Shown here piece after piece: positions 26,101 to 39,542 of a stretch of 64,000 nucleotides of DNA (positions within the stretch are counted from its first letter, which is position 1; every line of letters starts with the position of its first letter). The DNA is taken from assembly GCA_047495785.1 (NCBI GenBank), contig JBLDXI010000003.1, forward strand, positions 868,001-932,000, given 5' to 3'. The position numbers and the translations under genes are program-made. Below the pieces are notes generated by a model that saw only the letters and a program-made list of their open reading frames with translations, did no database searches and had not been told where the DNA came from. The DNA comes from Lepidodermella squamata (lineage: Eukaryota; Animalia; Gastrotricha).

Positions 26101-29100
26101 AAATTTTTAACCATACCTATAAGATATTCAGTCAATTGATGAATTTTCCGTCCTGAATACATTCTTTTTGATAGATTATGGTAATATACCCCCAGAGTAG
26201 TTCTAAATTCGCACTTTATTTTTGCAATTATATTACGCGCAAATAGCTTTTTCGTGCGCGCAAAATTATACGTGCGCTTACGAACTTTTGCGTTTCTGAA
26301 TTTCTCTATAATAAATTACGGAAAAATTATTTTGCCATTTTTCGTTGTTTTCACTTACCCGACGTTAAATCGTAAAAACTGTTCTCAATTTTTCAAAATT
26401 TTCAATATTATTTTGGGAATTTTTTAATTATTGCCTTAAATTTAGCCTTAATTCTAATCCTTACGAAACAGCTTTGTTATCAGCGGTTTTGCCTAAGGGC
26501 GGTTCATTGATACGAACGAAATTGGGGATTAAAGGTTTGAAATATCTCCCCGCTGAATTGTTATCTACCACCTGGAGTATTGTTATACCGCACACTCGAA
26601 ATTTCAAGTTCTCACCCGCGCGCACGCCTTTATTCAACCGGATATCAATTTCAAAATTTTGCAAACAATTGCGCCATCAACAATAGAAATGTGTGTGTCT
26701 CATCTAAGAAAATATTATCACCTGGCGCGGTTGACCTGCGCAATATAATTTGTCTCATTTTCCGCCTCGCCGCCTCACAGCCGGGTCAAAACGGTGACCT
26801 AAATAATGTAATAATAATAATAAATAGCCGCACATGCGCAGACTCGCAAACTGAACATCTGCCCAGGCTATTTTGTCGCCCGGCTCACACCTATACCTAG
26901 GCCTCGCGTTTCATTATTCATGTGCCTAAATATTATTATTTAACACATAGTATTTACAGGAACTTTCGACCGCGCCTATAATCGCCCAACCATATTAGGA
27001 CGGACTGGCTGATCTAGGCTGTCTGTCACTCTCGTCTCGTGACCAGGTGGCCCGGCTCGCACTTCAAAGCCACGAATGATAGAAATCGATTTCCATACTA
27101 CTACTATTGTTGTTCTAGGTAGGTTGTAGGAGGGGGGATATAACAATAACAATTATCACGATGAGCACCCATCCGGTGCGGATGCGCGTGTTGCGCAACA
27201 CGTGCGAGCCGGTAAATAGATTCGGTTACGCCTCAGCACGAACGCCTCGCCGACTGTCAATCTTTCGGCACTGTTCGCGTAGAATAAACACAGGTATAGT
27301 TATCTACCGCTAGTTATCTCTCGACGGGGTTCATTGAAAACGCACTTCCCTGCCGCGTTGCGGCCACGCGGCCCGTTTTTCGACGAAATTTTCCTATGTT
27401 TTAGATTAATTAATCACGCTAAAAAGCAGCGTGAGATTTACAAACAACTCGCACAATATCCGCGCCTTTTCAATTTAATGATAAGACGCGGCTCGATTAC
27501 AACGCCAATTTTACGGCTGTCATCGATGATGGGTTTTACTGCCCGACGGCCTTGTGTACTGCCTGGAAGATTTTAATTAAGTTTCTCTCTTTGGCGGGCG
27601 GATTTAAGGCGCCGCTTTTCGTCACCGCACCGCGTCAACAAGCGCCTCGAGGCGAGTCGCGCCTAGATTTCTTCACTCGTTATCGCGCACACTGATTCCA
27701 ACACGCGCCTGGGCGTTATCTGGCCGTGAAATCGGCTCACCGGCCAGCCCCCAAGTCCTTCTTTGGCTTAGCTTAGCGCTCGCTGGCCGTTTGCTGCTGT
27801 CGTACGTTATTGTACGCCTTCGTTAGCATATGTCGTCTGGCGCCGCCAATTCGCGAGTAACCAATAATCAGCATATATCGCTTAAATCGCTCGCACGCCT
27901 CTGATAATTTGCATACACGTACTTACGAATTTGTATGCAGTTTTCTTACCTGGTCTACTCGGGCAAAGATAACAAATCAGCGCCCTAAATTTTGGCGCGA
28001 ATATTTTTGAATTTTTGAGAATATTTAATGAACACAACGATGAGTTTCGTAACTCAGTTCGAAATTTTTTATATTTTCCTCTAAAATCTCCCAATTTTCC
28101 AATTGAAGAAATAATTTTTTAGAGAAATATTTTCCAGGATTTTGCGAAATTCCGTGAAATTCCGCTTATTTTCGTGTCCATAAATAACAAGAATTTACCT
28201 CAATTTTTTGATAATTTTAATTGAGAGTTCAATTAATTAATTCGTTTTTTTGAATTCTAAACAACCTTGACCTACAGGCTTTATCGTATCTTTCCAAATT
28301 TCAGAGATATATTCTGAATAAAAAGTTTTTGATTAATCAAGCGGATCCCAAAAATTGCCAAATTATCTTATGTTTTTCAAAATATTTCGTAACATCTTAA
28401 TTTATCTGCGACTGGCTCCAACTCAGTTCCACTAACACTTCTACATTTTTGTCCCATTTTTTATTCCAATTTTATTACGATTTTTTCTGAATTAATTCGA
28501 TATTTTCGTAGTAGTCAAGATTTTTCTCTGATCAACTATATTCTAGGTTAATTTGCATATTCAAAAATGCTGTATTTATTGCATTTTGTTTCGATTGCCT
28601 GCTATTTGCCTGACGAATCATGTTTTGATGGCTCGCGTCAACTAACGGCTAAGTCGTGTAACCGAGTGTCTGGGTCCTTGGCGTAATTTCGCGACTAATC
28701 AACAGAAAATCGGGGTGAAGAGTCCCAAACGTTCAAAATTAGCATATTGCATTATTACCGATATAATACCTGTCGCGTGAAATCTCGAAGAAACAACAAC
28801 AAATCCCGCTATGTATCTCATTCACCCAAGCGCGTTCGTTCGTTCGTCTGATCACCGTGGCGCGTCGGCGACACGCCGCTTTATTGCAGGCATGGCGCCG
28901 CCGCTGCAAAGCGCGAAAGTTCAGCGCACGGCGTGAAAACGCGCACGACGCCACTCGCGCGCAACAAAAGTGCGCGCATTTTTATTATAACAAGAAGTAT
29001 TACCATAGAAATATATTATTACGGCGAGCGCAAAATGCGCGCGCACTTCTTGTCTTGTTGTTACCCTACCTACCTTGATGTATCATATATTATATAAATT

Positions 29101-31131
29101 ACCGGTAGAGAAAATGTTTAGGCCATCATTAGACGGCGACGCCTCGTACGCAACACGCCACGAGACATTTTTGGCCATTTTAATAAATTTTGAACGCGTT
29201 GCCATTTTGAGTATTATAGGTACTTGCTTATAATATTATACTATAAGCATCGAGATGAGAGATATCTCTATCCATCCATCTTCCTCAAGTCTCTTTTCTT
29301 GTTTTGCGAGAGCAAAATGCGCTCGGCTCTTGTAACGCCGAGATAATGCGCGCTTATTATAAATAAATAAAATATTATATTTTTTCTCATCCTTTATTAT
29401 ATTATTTAAGAAGAAAACTTTTCTGACGTTTATTTTTCAGCGGCTCATAAATTCAAGTCATCCAGTGCCGCCGCGCTACGAGACGCGCTGTGGTGATTTT
29501 TGGCCGGCTGCTGTTTTATCTTATTACTGTAGCGTTTTTCCGAGATGATATATTGACCTAGTTACACAACATGAGGATTTTATTATTATTTCCTGAAACC
29601 GCACGCCAATTACGCGTGTATTTACGCGCAAAAAATCTTGCGATAAATCATATTTTAAAACTCACATTTCGCTGACTTGTTTGAGTGCTGCGGACAATAA
29701 TACATAAGTTGAAAAATATTTTTCCAGATTTTTAAATTATTTACCGCAATCTAATTTCGTTGCATTTTTGACTTTGGTCCCACTAAATCAGAATCTGCTA
29801 GCATGATAAAAAAATATTTTCCTTCTCATTTTGAAATTTTATTTGTTGTCAAATCTGTTGAAAATTATTTCAAAATTTCAAATTTCTTCAATTTTCAAAA
29901 ATATTCTGGGTTTTTAATATTTTGCGGAATTCTTCCGATTTTAATTTTATTTTCTGTCCCGTTTTAAAATTTAGTTTTTGAAAATTTGAAATTTTTTGAA
30001 ACGTCTTCATAATGTAGAAATTTTTTATTCAAATAACATCTTCAATTCTCAAAATTATTCTGCGTTTTTAATATATTTTTTAAATATGCCTAACAATTCT
30101 TTCGATTTTAATGTTTGATCCAAGGTCCCCTCTTCCACATCCAGGCAATTTGGCGTAAACAAATCCTGTTATCGTATCAATCTCATCGCCGCCAAAATTC
30201 GCGACCCAGCGCTAGAAATCGAGTTAAGGCAATGCGCCATTATCTATGGCGCCAAGTCCCATCGCGCGCGACGGTCGTTATCTAGGCGCAGCGAAGCGCA
30301 CTGGGGCTAAACTTAATCTCGATAACAACACGACACAAATAAACCCGAGATTTTCGTCGTCAAACATCGCCGAGTTATTAGTTCAATTTTAAGGCGGATA
30401 AAATTTAGGATCTTTCGTTATTAAATTATTTTGCTCATCATCATATGTACATTATGGTGGCGGAACTTGTTGTTGTTAAAGACGCGCTCGCATTTTGACC
30501 CGCCGTCGTCTTTATTATAACGAGTTTGTTTACAATACATTGGAAGGGCCAGGGCGCGTCATTATCAAGCCAGCGAGGCGACGCCTCGATGGCGCCCACA
30601 TTTCGCTACATTTGTTAGAGCAAAGAACCCGGCCGCGACAACACACGCGAATATATAGCCCATTTTGCTATTATCATCTGCGGAACAATGCGGCGATGCG
30701 GCGGCGCACTTTTTACCAGGCACCATGTGTCAATTTTTCCTACCTGAGCGGGAGCGCAAAAAGTGCGCACACGCGCGCATCTTTTGTTTTTGCGCGCCTC
30801 GCACACGCCCTGCTATAGTAATAAAAATGCGCGCGCGCGTGCGTCAAAGTGACGCGCACAATAGCCGGATGTTGGTTATGGGTTGCTATTTCAGGCATGG
30901 TGGTGACAAGCGCGCACTTGAAACGCCAAATCTGAACACCCTAGGTCATGTTTTTCTACCCGTAATTCCTTTATATTCAGCTTTTCTATTCATATACAGA
31001 ATTTTTGTATCATCCTATTTGGATAGAAAATGATATATATTATGAGTAAATTCGAGAAAAATACTTCAGATAATTTACCGAATTTTTTTTCAATTTTTTT
31101 TCTTGCCTAGATTTTTGTGTCACCCTATTAA

Positions 31132-34105
31132 ATGATTACATTAATCGCGTGCCTAGCCGTTTTTTCAGCGGCTATCGACGCGGCTCAAATCGAAGAGCGA
31201 TCCCTGTTGCTAATGACGCGAAATACCGGCCGTGTCGTAATGGGCGGATCTTCGTCAACCGTCGCCGATTTGAACCCACCCGCCGTGATACCCACCCTGG
31301 CGCCGGCTTCTTCGTCATCTTCGGAATTTCGCTACTGCTCCGAGTCGCATTTGTGCGAGTGTACGTCTCGCGTTGTCTCGTGTAAACGCCTCGAAATCAA
31401 CTCGACCGAATTTAACAAACTGCAGCGTGAGGCGAACGCCGCGGCGCCATCCTCGCCCGCGGCGCCCATTTCACACTTTGTGCTACAGGAACTTGTTGTC
31501 TATCGCAGCAATCTGTCCTACATCGAAGCTTTGTAAGTCGACTCATTTCCTAGTCATTAACAATATCAAATCAACTGGAAATTAGTTAGAGCGAGACGTT
31601 GAAACTTATAATTTTGTTTAGGGGTAGCAATTTCCCGAAATTGAGGCGGTTGTGTCACCCTGTAATTAATTTCCAGCGAAATATTAGGAATCCATGATTT
31701 GGAAATTATTTCAATCTGCATAGATATGAAAATTAATCCCCAATAATATTACCTCCCATGATAGTAATTTTTTCGAAAATACCGGAGATATTCGGTTTTA
31801 TCTCATCGTTTCGGGTATTTTCGGGCTTAGTGGAATATTCATTAATTCAGTAATTTTGCGAATCGTTATTCCTCAAATTAGGTTCCGGAACCTCCCATAT
31901 AAAATGTAAACTAAAAAACCCGAAAATTACCGAAAAAACTGAAATCGGGTTTTACCGGGTAATATCGAGTAACAAAAGTCTCGGCAACCCGAAATTATAT
32001 GAAATTTTATTTTTTTCAAAATTTCATTCAAAAATATTTTTTTCGATTTTTAAAGCAATTTCTTGAATTTTATTGTGAATATAATTTTATTGCTAATTTC
32101 AGCTCATTTACGGAGTTGCGGAGCCTGCAGCGGTTGTCGCTGCGCTTCAACGCCATCCGGCACGTTCACGCGGATGCGCTGCGCGGGCTGTTCCAGTTGA
32201 AGACGCTCGACTTCAGGCAGAACGCGCTGTCGTACTTGCCGGCGGACGTGTTCACCGACCTCGTTCAACTCGAAGAGCTCGACCTCAGCGAGAACAACCT
32301 CAACTCTATCGACGCTAATACGCTCAGGTAATTAGCAAATTAACCAATTAACAACGTAAAAGCCTCAACGGAACAAACGAGTAACCTTCAGTTCTGAAAT
32401 TAAAGAATAAAGATCTGTTCTGTATTTTGAAAAAATAAAAAAAAGGAAATTCAGAAACATTTAAGAAATTCGATAAAAATTCTATTCAAAAATTGAAAAA
32501 TATTTCAGTTCCAAATTGAAAAAATTCCAAAATTCCAAAAAATTCTGAAAAAAGATGAAACTAGGTTCCGATATTATGATCCGATCTAATCCTAAAAATT
32601 CCGAATTTTTTTAACTTTCAATAAATAAAAAAAAATGAAAAATTGAAATTTTAAAGGTCATGAACTTTTGAAAAATTGTCTCAATTTGAATTTTAAAAAA
32701 TTTGAATTTTTACAATGAAATTTTAATATTTTTATTCTCATTTTTCAGGCCTCTTCTTCGGCTGCGAAAGCTGTCGCTTGCCTCGAACGATTTTAAATCG
32801 ATTTTTGCAAGTCAAAACCTACCCCGCTTGCCATCGCTCGAGCATTTATCACTGGCCGACAACGATCTAAGCGAAGTGACGGCCGAAACATTCTCCTCAA
32901 TGCTACCCGAACTTCGCAAACTCGACTTGAGCGGCAACCGAATCCAATTCGCCTCACCGCACTCGTTCCTCAACATGCCAATACTCGAATCGATCGATTT
33001 ATTCCGAAATCTGCTGTCCTACCTCGACCCAGCCGCGTTTCAATCACTTCGAAATTTGAACGAACTGCTGCTAGGCGAAAATCCGTTAGTCTGCGACTGC
33101 AAACTGCAACCACTCCGATTATTCTACCAACAAATGGTATCGGCAAACCCGCAAATTATGCAAGACAGGCCACTACTAGCGCCGAGTGTTTTTTCCCGCG
33201 CGAACAGCGGCGAAAAAACGTGCGAGGAAAAGCATAATTGCGCGCCGATTTGCGCCTCGCCCTTCTACCTGAAAGGTCACGCATTTTTCGATTTATCACC
33301 CGCCGAACTCGCCTGTACCACCACTACAACGTCAACGTCCACTACAACCAGCACTACGACTCAGAAAATTTTGAGTAACAATTTATTCTTCGAGGCGAAA
33401 AATAGTAACAACCAATTAGGCGGTATGTTATCCGTCGCCTCGTCTAAAGGCGTGAGGCTATTAGCGGATAACGCGACCCCGGAATTGCCGTTCAACCAGG
33501 CGATAATGTCGAATGGGTTCGACGAGTCGCTAGCTATTGCAATTGGGATCGTGACCTCGGTTTTATTACTCACCGCCCTCGTCGTCGGCACGCTGTGTTG
33601 CCGGCATTATATATCGGCGAAAAAGTCGTCGAAAAGCGACGGCCGGCGTAAAATTGACCAGTCATCAACGGCGTCGCACGACGAGGCGACTACGTCATCG
33701 TCGTCTCACTCCAGCTCGCCGGGTATTGTCAACCAGCCGATGATGGACAAGTTGAATTTATCACAAGCTCCGCCCCGTTATCCCGTTGTTTCGTCGATAA
33801 GTTTCGACGCGTTCGGCAATTATTCACGCTCTAATGATTACGCGTCGATTTTCCCGGCGGGTGAGGCGTATTTTATAAGTACGGATAATAATCATCATCA
33901 CATTGAATCTGTGCCTAATAATAATAATAATAATAACAGTGGGTTATTACTGCAAACCGTTCTAGCGGCGAGTCGAGGGTGTCTGCAAAATTCTGGCACA
34001 ATTTTGAGTCACCCTATGGTTATTTCACAGTCTATGTCTAGTTCGAATGATTTGCGCACCTTCCAACCTTCGTCGAATGTACCTCGATCTGAAAGTCTTG
34101 TCTAA
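31132..34105 (+). CDS. Type I transmembrane LRR protein (tartan/capricious/LRRN-like architecture), 660 aa. Exons 31132-31532, 32103-32327, 32749-34105
   Basis: Signal peptide; LRRNT CSESHLCEC..C; multiple LxxLxLxxN repeats; LRRCT NPLVCDCKL; Thr stalk; TM IAIGIVTSVLLLTALVVGTL; Ser/Asn-rich tail ending ESLV (class I PDZ-binding motif). Two phase-2 introns keep the frame. Confidence 0.9.
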
Positions 34106-34683
34106 ATTTCGCCTCGTTTTTTTTATATTAATGTCTCTCACCTTTATTGTTAATTTTATGTCATACTCATTGAAAACATCGAAAATGAATTAAATTAAAT
34201 TGCTTATTAATTTTTGTTTTGTAAAACGCCGATGCCTTGAATTTTTGTACGCTTTTTATTGCATGAGCTTATGATATTATGATATGTAACCTTTAGCAGC
34301 CGAAATATTGGTTCCTTAAAAATGCCAAAAAAATATTCTCATGATTTTGTTGTATGATGATCAGATATTCGATGAGATTTTTATGATAGAAAATTAATAA
34401 AAATATCGAAATGATTAAGGTGGATTTTTTTTGAATATTTTTCAAGGAAATGTGTGAAATTCTTCAAAGCGGAATTGTGTTAAAAATGCTTAAAAGGTGG
34501 CGGATGCCTTCTGATATCAGCAGCAGCCATCGGAGGTTATTACAGAATTTTGCATAAAGTTTAAGAAAAGCTGCTAAAACCGCGCACTCGAGCCGCGAAA
34601 GCGGTGTGAAATTGCGCGCAGCATTGTTAAAAGTGCGAGGCTTTGCGGCGCCGATATAGTGTGGTTATTAACTAACTAACCGG

Positions 34684-34691
34684 TATAAATA
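34684..34691 (+). promoter_or_regulatory. Candidate TATA box of the Sushi-ankyrin gene
   Basis: TATAAATA about 60 nt upstream of ATG 34745. Confidence 0.5.
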
Positions 34692-34744
34692 CCAGCTCGC
34701 TTAACCTGGTCTCGGACATTTTTCGAGAATTAATTTTATTCGCA

Positions 34745-37055
34745 ATGAAGTTGGTAATTAGCGTTATTCTTGCGGCTCTGATTGGCCTGGTCGATTCGAA
34801 CGATCCAAATTGCATGGAGCACTGCATAGCTGCTTGCGGTAATTAAAATGCTTATTTAAATTAATTTTCGAATATTATTTTAAAAAATTTCAAGTTTTTT
34901 AAGATTTATTAACTTTTCAATTTTTGAAATTTTTCATATTTTTGATGTTTCAGGAGCTTCTTGTGGCCCAATTCCTCACCTTGAAAATGGCCGAATTTCA
35001 AGTGGGCCGTCGTATTTAGGCGCAACTAGGACTGCTTCATGCTTCCGCGGTTACGGCCTTACTGGATCGAATCAAGTCGTATGTGGCCCGGATAGACAGT
35101 GGAGGATGCAGTCAGTCTGCCGCAAAGTAATTGTTTCACAAATTTGAACTCATTTTCGAAAAATTTCAAAAATTAAACGCAAGAGCACAAATGAAATTTG
35201 AATTTTAAAACTGTCCAAAACTGGGTCAAATGCATATATTCCCCACACTTCAAATTGTTTTTGGAAATTTTGTCAAATTTCGAGTCTTCCTTCAGCCTCC
35301 TAAGCTATTCCAAAATCGATTCCAAGTATCGATTTCACATCGGTGATTTTTTCCGATTTCAGAAGTCTACGAAGCCAACGTTGAAAGCTTGTCTATTTAG
35401 CTTGGGTTACCAGTTCGCGGAATATCTTATAGAGTCAAGGGTAGTGAGAGGAAAAAGTCGAAATCGCAAAAATTGAGTGCTTGAATTCAACCTAAATTTT
35501 AGTGGATCAAATATTTAAACCTTTTTCGCATTCGAAAGTGAGTCTATATTGTCCGAAATTGTCCGAAAGTGGGTCAAAGTGGGTGCCGATTTCCCAAGAA
35601 GATATTTCTTGATGCTATTCTGTTTCCTATTTTGTAAATATTTTATAAATATTATTAATTATTGAGTCTTTCATGATTTGATTTTTTTAATTTAATTTTT
35701 CTAATTTTTTAAGGTCGAATATAACGCCGCTTTGGCCGTAGCCGCAAAACACGGCCGACTCCAAGAGATGGAACAGCTGCTATCAATCGGCGCTGACATA
35801 AACGGCAAAGAAGCCGACGGGTGGACACCGTTGCTGTTCGCGGCCTACATGGGCCACACGGAGGCTGTGCGCTTTCTCATCGAGCACGGCGCCGATGTGA
35901 ACGCGCGCAACTCGGACGGCAACACGGCGCTGATTATTGCGGCGCGCGAGGGCGATGCCGATTCTGTGCAGCTGCTCGTCGAAGCCGGGTCGGACGTCCA
36001 TGCGGCTGGCTATGCCAACCACACTCCGCTATTGTGGGCGGCATTCAAAGGCTTGACAGGTAATTTTCATGTAAAAAAAATGAGACGCACTCAGGAAAAA
36101 CAGGAAAAACGAAAAATAGTCCCAACTGAAATTTGGATATTTAAAAAAAAATTAGAATTAAATTGAACCCTTATTCTCAGAAGTATAAATTCTGGGACAT
36201 TTTGGGACATTTGGCAGATATTAGGAAAATATTTCAAAAATTTTAGAAGAAATCGGAAGATTAGAAAACTTTATTCTGGGCATTTTTGAATTTGAGGATT
36301 TTTTGATCTAAAAATTGGATCATTTTTCGCATTTATCGATCGAGAAAACGAGCTCATTAAGTGTTATGATAACGGGACATTTTCAAAATTCTGTTGCTTC
36401 AACTATCAGCATGATTTTATTTTACGACAGATGCCGTTCGACTGCTGATTGAAAATCACGCTGATTTGAACGCTCGGGACATTGATGGCAAATCGCCGCT
36501 GTTACACGCGGCTGAACACGGCCATACGGACACGGTTCGTCTGTTGCTAGAAAAAGGCGCCGACCCTAACGCCGCAACTAAAACCAATTACACGGCCATA
36601 ATGGCGGCGAGCTACAACTGCCACCCGGCTATAGTTCGCGTGCTACTGGAACACGGCGCCGATGTGAATGCTAGGACGCAGTACAGCGATACGGCTCTAG
36701 CTTTATCGGCTGAGTATGGCTGCATGGAATCTATTAGACTGCTCATCGAACACGGCGCTGATATTCAGGTGAGATGGACTTTTATTCAATTTTTTTTTTG
36801 AAAAAACGAGAAATTAGCTTGAGATGGGCTAGGTTACTTAGTAACAATTTTTTTTTGAAAAAATTCAGCTTTCAGCTTTCAGCATTATTTCAACTGGGAA
36901 ACTTCTAAAATGCCTGTAAAACTGTCTGATTTTTACACGCTTTTATGATTTTTCAGGTTCGTGATGTGTTTGGAACAACAGCTTTGTACCACGCCAAGCG
37001 TAAAGGCTTCAACGAAATCGCAGCTTTCCTCACGGCTAAAGGCGCTAAAGAATGA
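34745..37055 (+). CDS. Secreted Sushi/CCP + 8 ankyrin-repeat protein, 349 aa. Exons 34745-34838, 34954-35126, 35714-36059, 36431-36768, 36957-37055
   Basis: MKLVISVILAALIGLVDS signal; CMEHCIAAC; Sushi domain CGPIPHLENG...CFRGYGLTG...C...W...C; eight ankyrin repeats ending GAKE*. All four introns are GT-AG and phase-compatible (1050 nt); AATAAA at 37117. Confidence 0.85.
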
Positions 37056-38420
37056 AAAAACTCGTACAAATGTGACTTCAATCAACTGTGGTTACGTAAC
37101 ACCTGGTATATCTATAAATAAAAAATTGCGAAAAAATCTGTGCGAAAAAATTGATTAGCACTCGGCAGAACTAGTCAGTTAATTAGCAACGCCAGGGCTA
37201 ATTCATATACGGCCGCGTTTTTTGCCCATTGTTCTCATCTTCATAAATCACGGCGATAAGATGCTGTGGGTATGATAATAATATTTTTTCGGGCTGCTGT
37301 TCGCTGTTATTTCAACATGTCATCAACAGTATACGTATATAAGCAATCATCATCGCAATGAAAAACGGCCAAGTAGAGTATCTTCGGTGTGCTGCTTTAT
37401 ATATACATTTACTGAAGGAGGAATACAATGGTTGAATCAACGGGAAAAAAATGTGATTATTTTTTATTTCTTACAACGGCGGGCCAAAAAAACACGACTA
37501 TCATGGCCAGGTCGAACACAATGAAGCATCAGGCCTTCAAGTATCCGGTATTGCAGTATAGAAAAAAACCGGGTTGGACAAAATAGAAAAAAACGGAGAT
37601 GGCTCTAGGTGCATAGCGCACACGCATCAAGTGAATTGGTATTACATCCCCAAAACTTCAACTCCACACAACTTCCAGAGTTTTCACGCCATTTCTCTTT
37701 CAGGGATACCAGTGGATTTGGCGGATTATTGCGGGGATTTTGGTCAAAACCGCATGCGAATCGGAGTCACCAAACTCGAGTTATGAGGACCATTTGGTTT
37801 AGTGGATGCATTGCATAGATGGTTGCAATCATTTGAGACGCGTGAGTGCGCATCTTACCGCATGAAATGTGTTTACATTAGGGCTGCAGATAATGCCGGC
37901 GCGATGTGCATATACTAGCGTTGTAATCTATAGCCGAACAAAGAATAAGAAGGGAGGAATATAAAAATGCGGAAAAACGACGGCCACCATACCACCAAGC
38001 TGCCGTAATATTTGACGTCTATCTTGAAGGCAGCCAGAAGGCACGCCTTGCTATAAATACGATACGTATTAAGAGATCCTCGCTGCAGCTGCAGACGTTT
38101 CGGCGTTTCTTTTTCGTTGCTTCCGCCTGTCTGGCTCGACTTTTTTGTACCTGTGCTGCACAAGAATTCGTGTGTGTGTATAAAAACGGCATTGGGCTAT
38201 TCGCATGCTTCCTGCGAGTACAGCTCATTGTTGTTATAAAAGCAACCATCTACTGAGCGTTAAATTATCGTTTAGCCGAGATGGAGTGCGTATAATTGCA
38301 GCATTTACCGATTTTTTTCACCCCGGTATTCGTTTTCAGACTTCATTTTCACCCCGAAGACGAAACAAGATCTACGAGATTATCTTTATTTAGATATTTT
38401 TAGTTAAATTTGTGTGAAAA

Positions 38421-39051
38421 ATGGCGCTCATCAAGCAACTTTCAGCAGGTAAGACCGTCGTTTTATCCGAAAATTCGGCTGAAATTTTAGTCACGTGACT
38501 CGGCTACAAGGCTTAATTTTTCAGTGCAGCCTTTCTACTGCTGTTGTTGGTCGGTGGCATGATGATTGAGGCCCACAAGGCGCACGAGAAGGACTCCGAC
38601 AACGACGGCATCCCTGGTAAAACCCGAAAAACCCAATTTTATATCCCCGCTCATTTCTGACCTCATTTTCAGACCACCTCGATGACGACGATGATAACGA
38701 CGGCATTCCCGATGATAAGGAAGACGCTGATGGTGACGGAATCCCTGGTAAGTTACCTGTTGCTAAGGACGCTTTTTCTTCGCAACCATTGATTTTTCTA
38801 TAGACCATATTGATGACGATGATGATGGTGATGGTATTGATGATGACGATGAGGAAGATACCGATGGTGACGGAATTCCCGATCATCTCGATGACGACGA
38901 TGATAACGACGGCATCCCCGACGACCAGGACAACGATGACGATGGTGATGGCATTCCCGATGATCAGGAGGACGAGGATGGTGATGGCATCCCGGACCAT
39001 CTCGATGACGACGACGACAACGACGGCGTGCCAGACAAGGAAGAGCTGTAA
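38421..39051 (+). CDS. Small Asp-rich Ca2+-binding protein with nine DxDxDG (thrombospondin type-3-like) motifs and C-terminal KEEL, 145 aa. Exons 38421-38448, 38530-38616, 38673-38747, 38804-39051
   Basis: Spliced product MALIKQLSAAFLLLLLVGGMMIEAHKAHEKDSDNDGIPDHLDDDDDNDGIPD...NDGVPDKEEL*, with three phase-1 introns. Not present in the ORF track. Confidence 0.85.
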
Positions 39052-39542
39052 ATTTTTCAACCTTAGGACTCATTTCTTCAGTGTTCGATAATGATATCGG
39101 CTCCCTGATACTGCCTGTTTAATGTTTGTAAAAAAAACGAAGAGTCGGAAACAATTTTAGACACTATCTATCCTGCTGAACTAAGTCTCGATAATCGTTA
39201 TGTTTTTGTTTAACTTGCCTATCTATGTCAACGTTAAAACCTCGTGTCCTTAAGGTGTATGCAAGTAAGATTGAACGCGGAGGAGAAAAGAATAAATCCA
39301 TAAATGTTTTCCGTGACATCCCCTTAGGATGGCCATTCGACCATCAGCGCTAAACTGTCCATTAAAGGAACAGGAATTACTCTCAGCCAGTAAAACGGAC
39401 TAGCAGGAAATAGCTCAACGTACATTTGGGTCGATTGCTGAGCTGAGACATCCTCAAGTCGGAGGCGAAGAAGGAGTCATATCCGAGGAAAACTTATAAA
39501 ATCTTCAATTAAGTAGTTGTCACGTACTTTCGACAATTGAAG

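Noticed and set aside
23300-31100. Short Arg/Ala-rich ORFs upstream of the LRR gene
   Set aside because: They have no domains or coherent splice structure and are expected by chance in GC-rich non-coding blocks.
38521-39091. Met-rich, His-rich and Val/Ile-rich ORFs in the track
   Set aside because: They are shadow frames of the GAT/GAC-rich Asp-repeat gene, whose frame is supported by splice sites, a signal peptide and KEEL.
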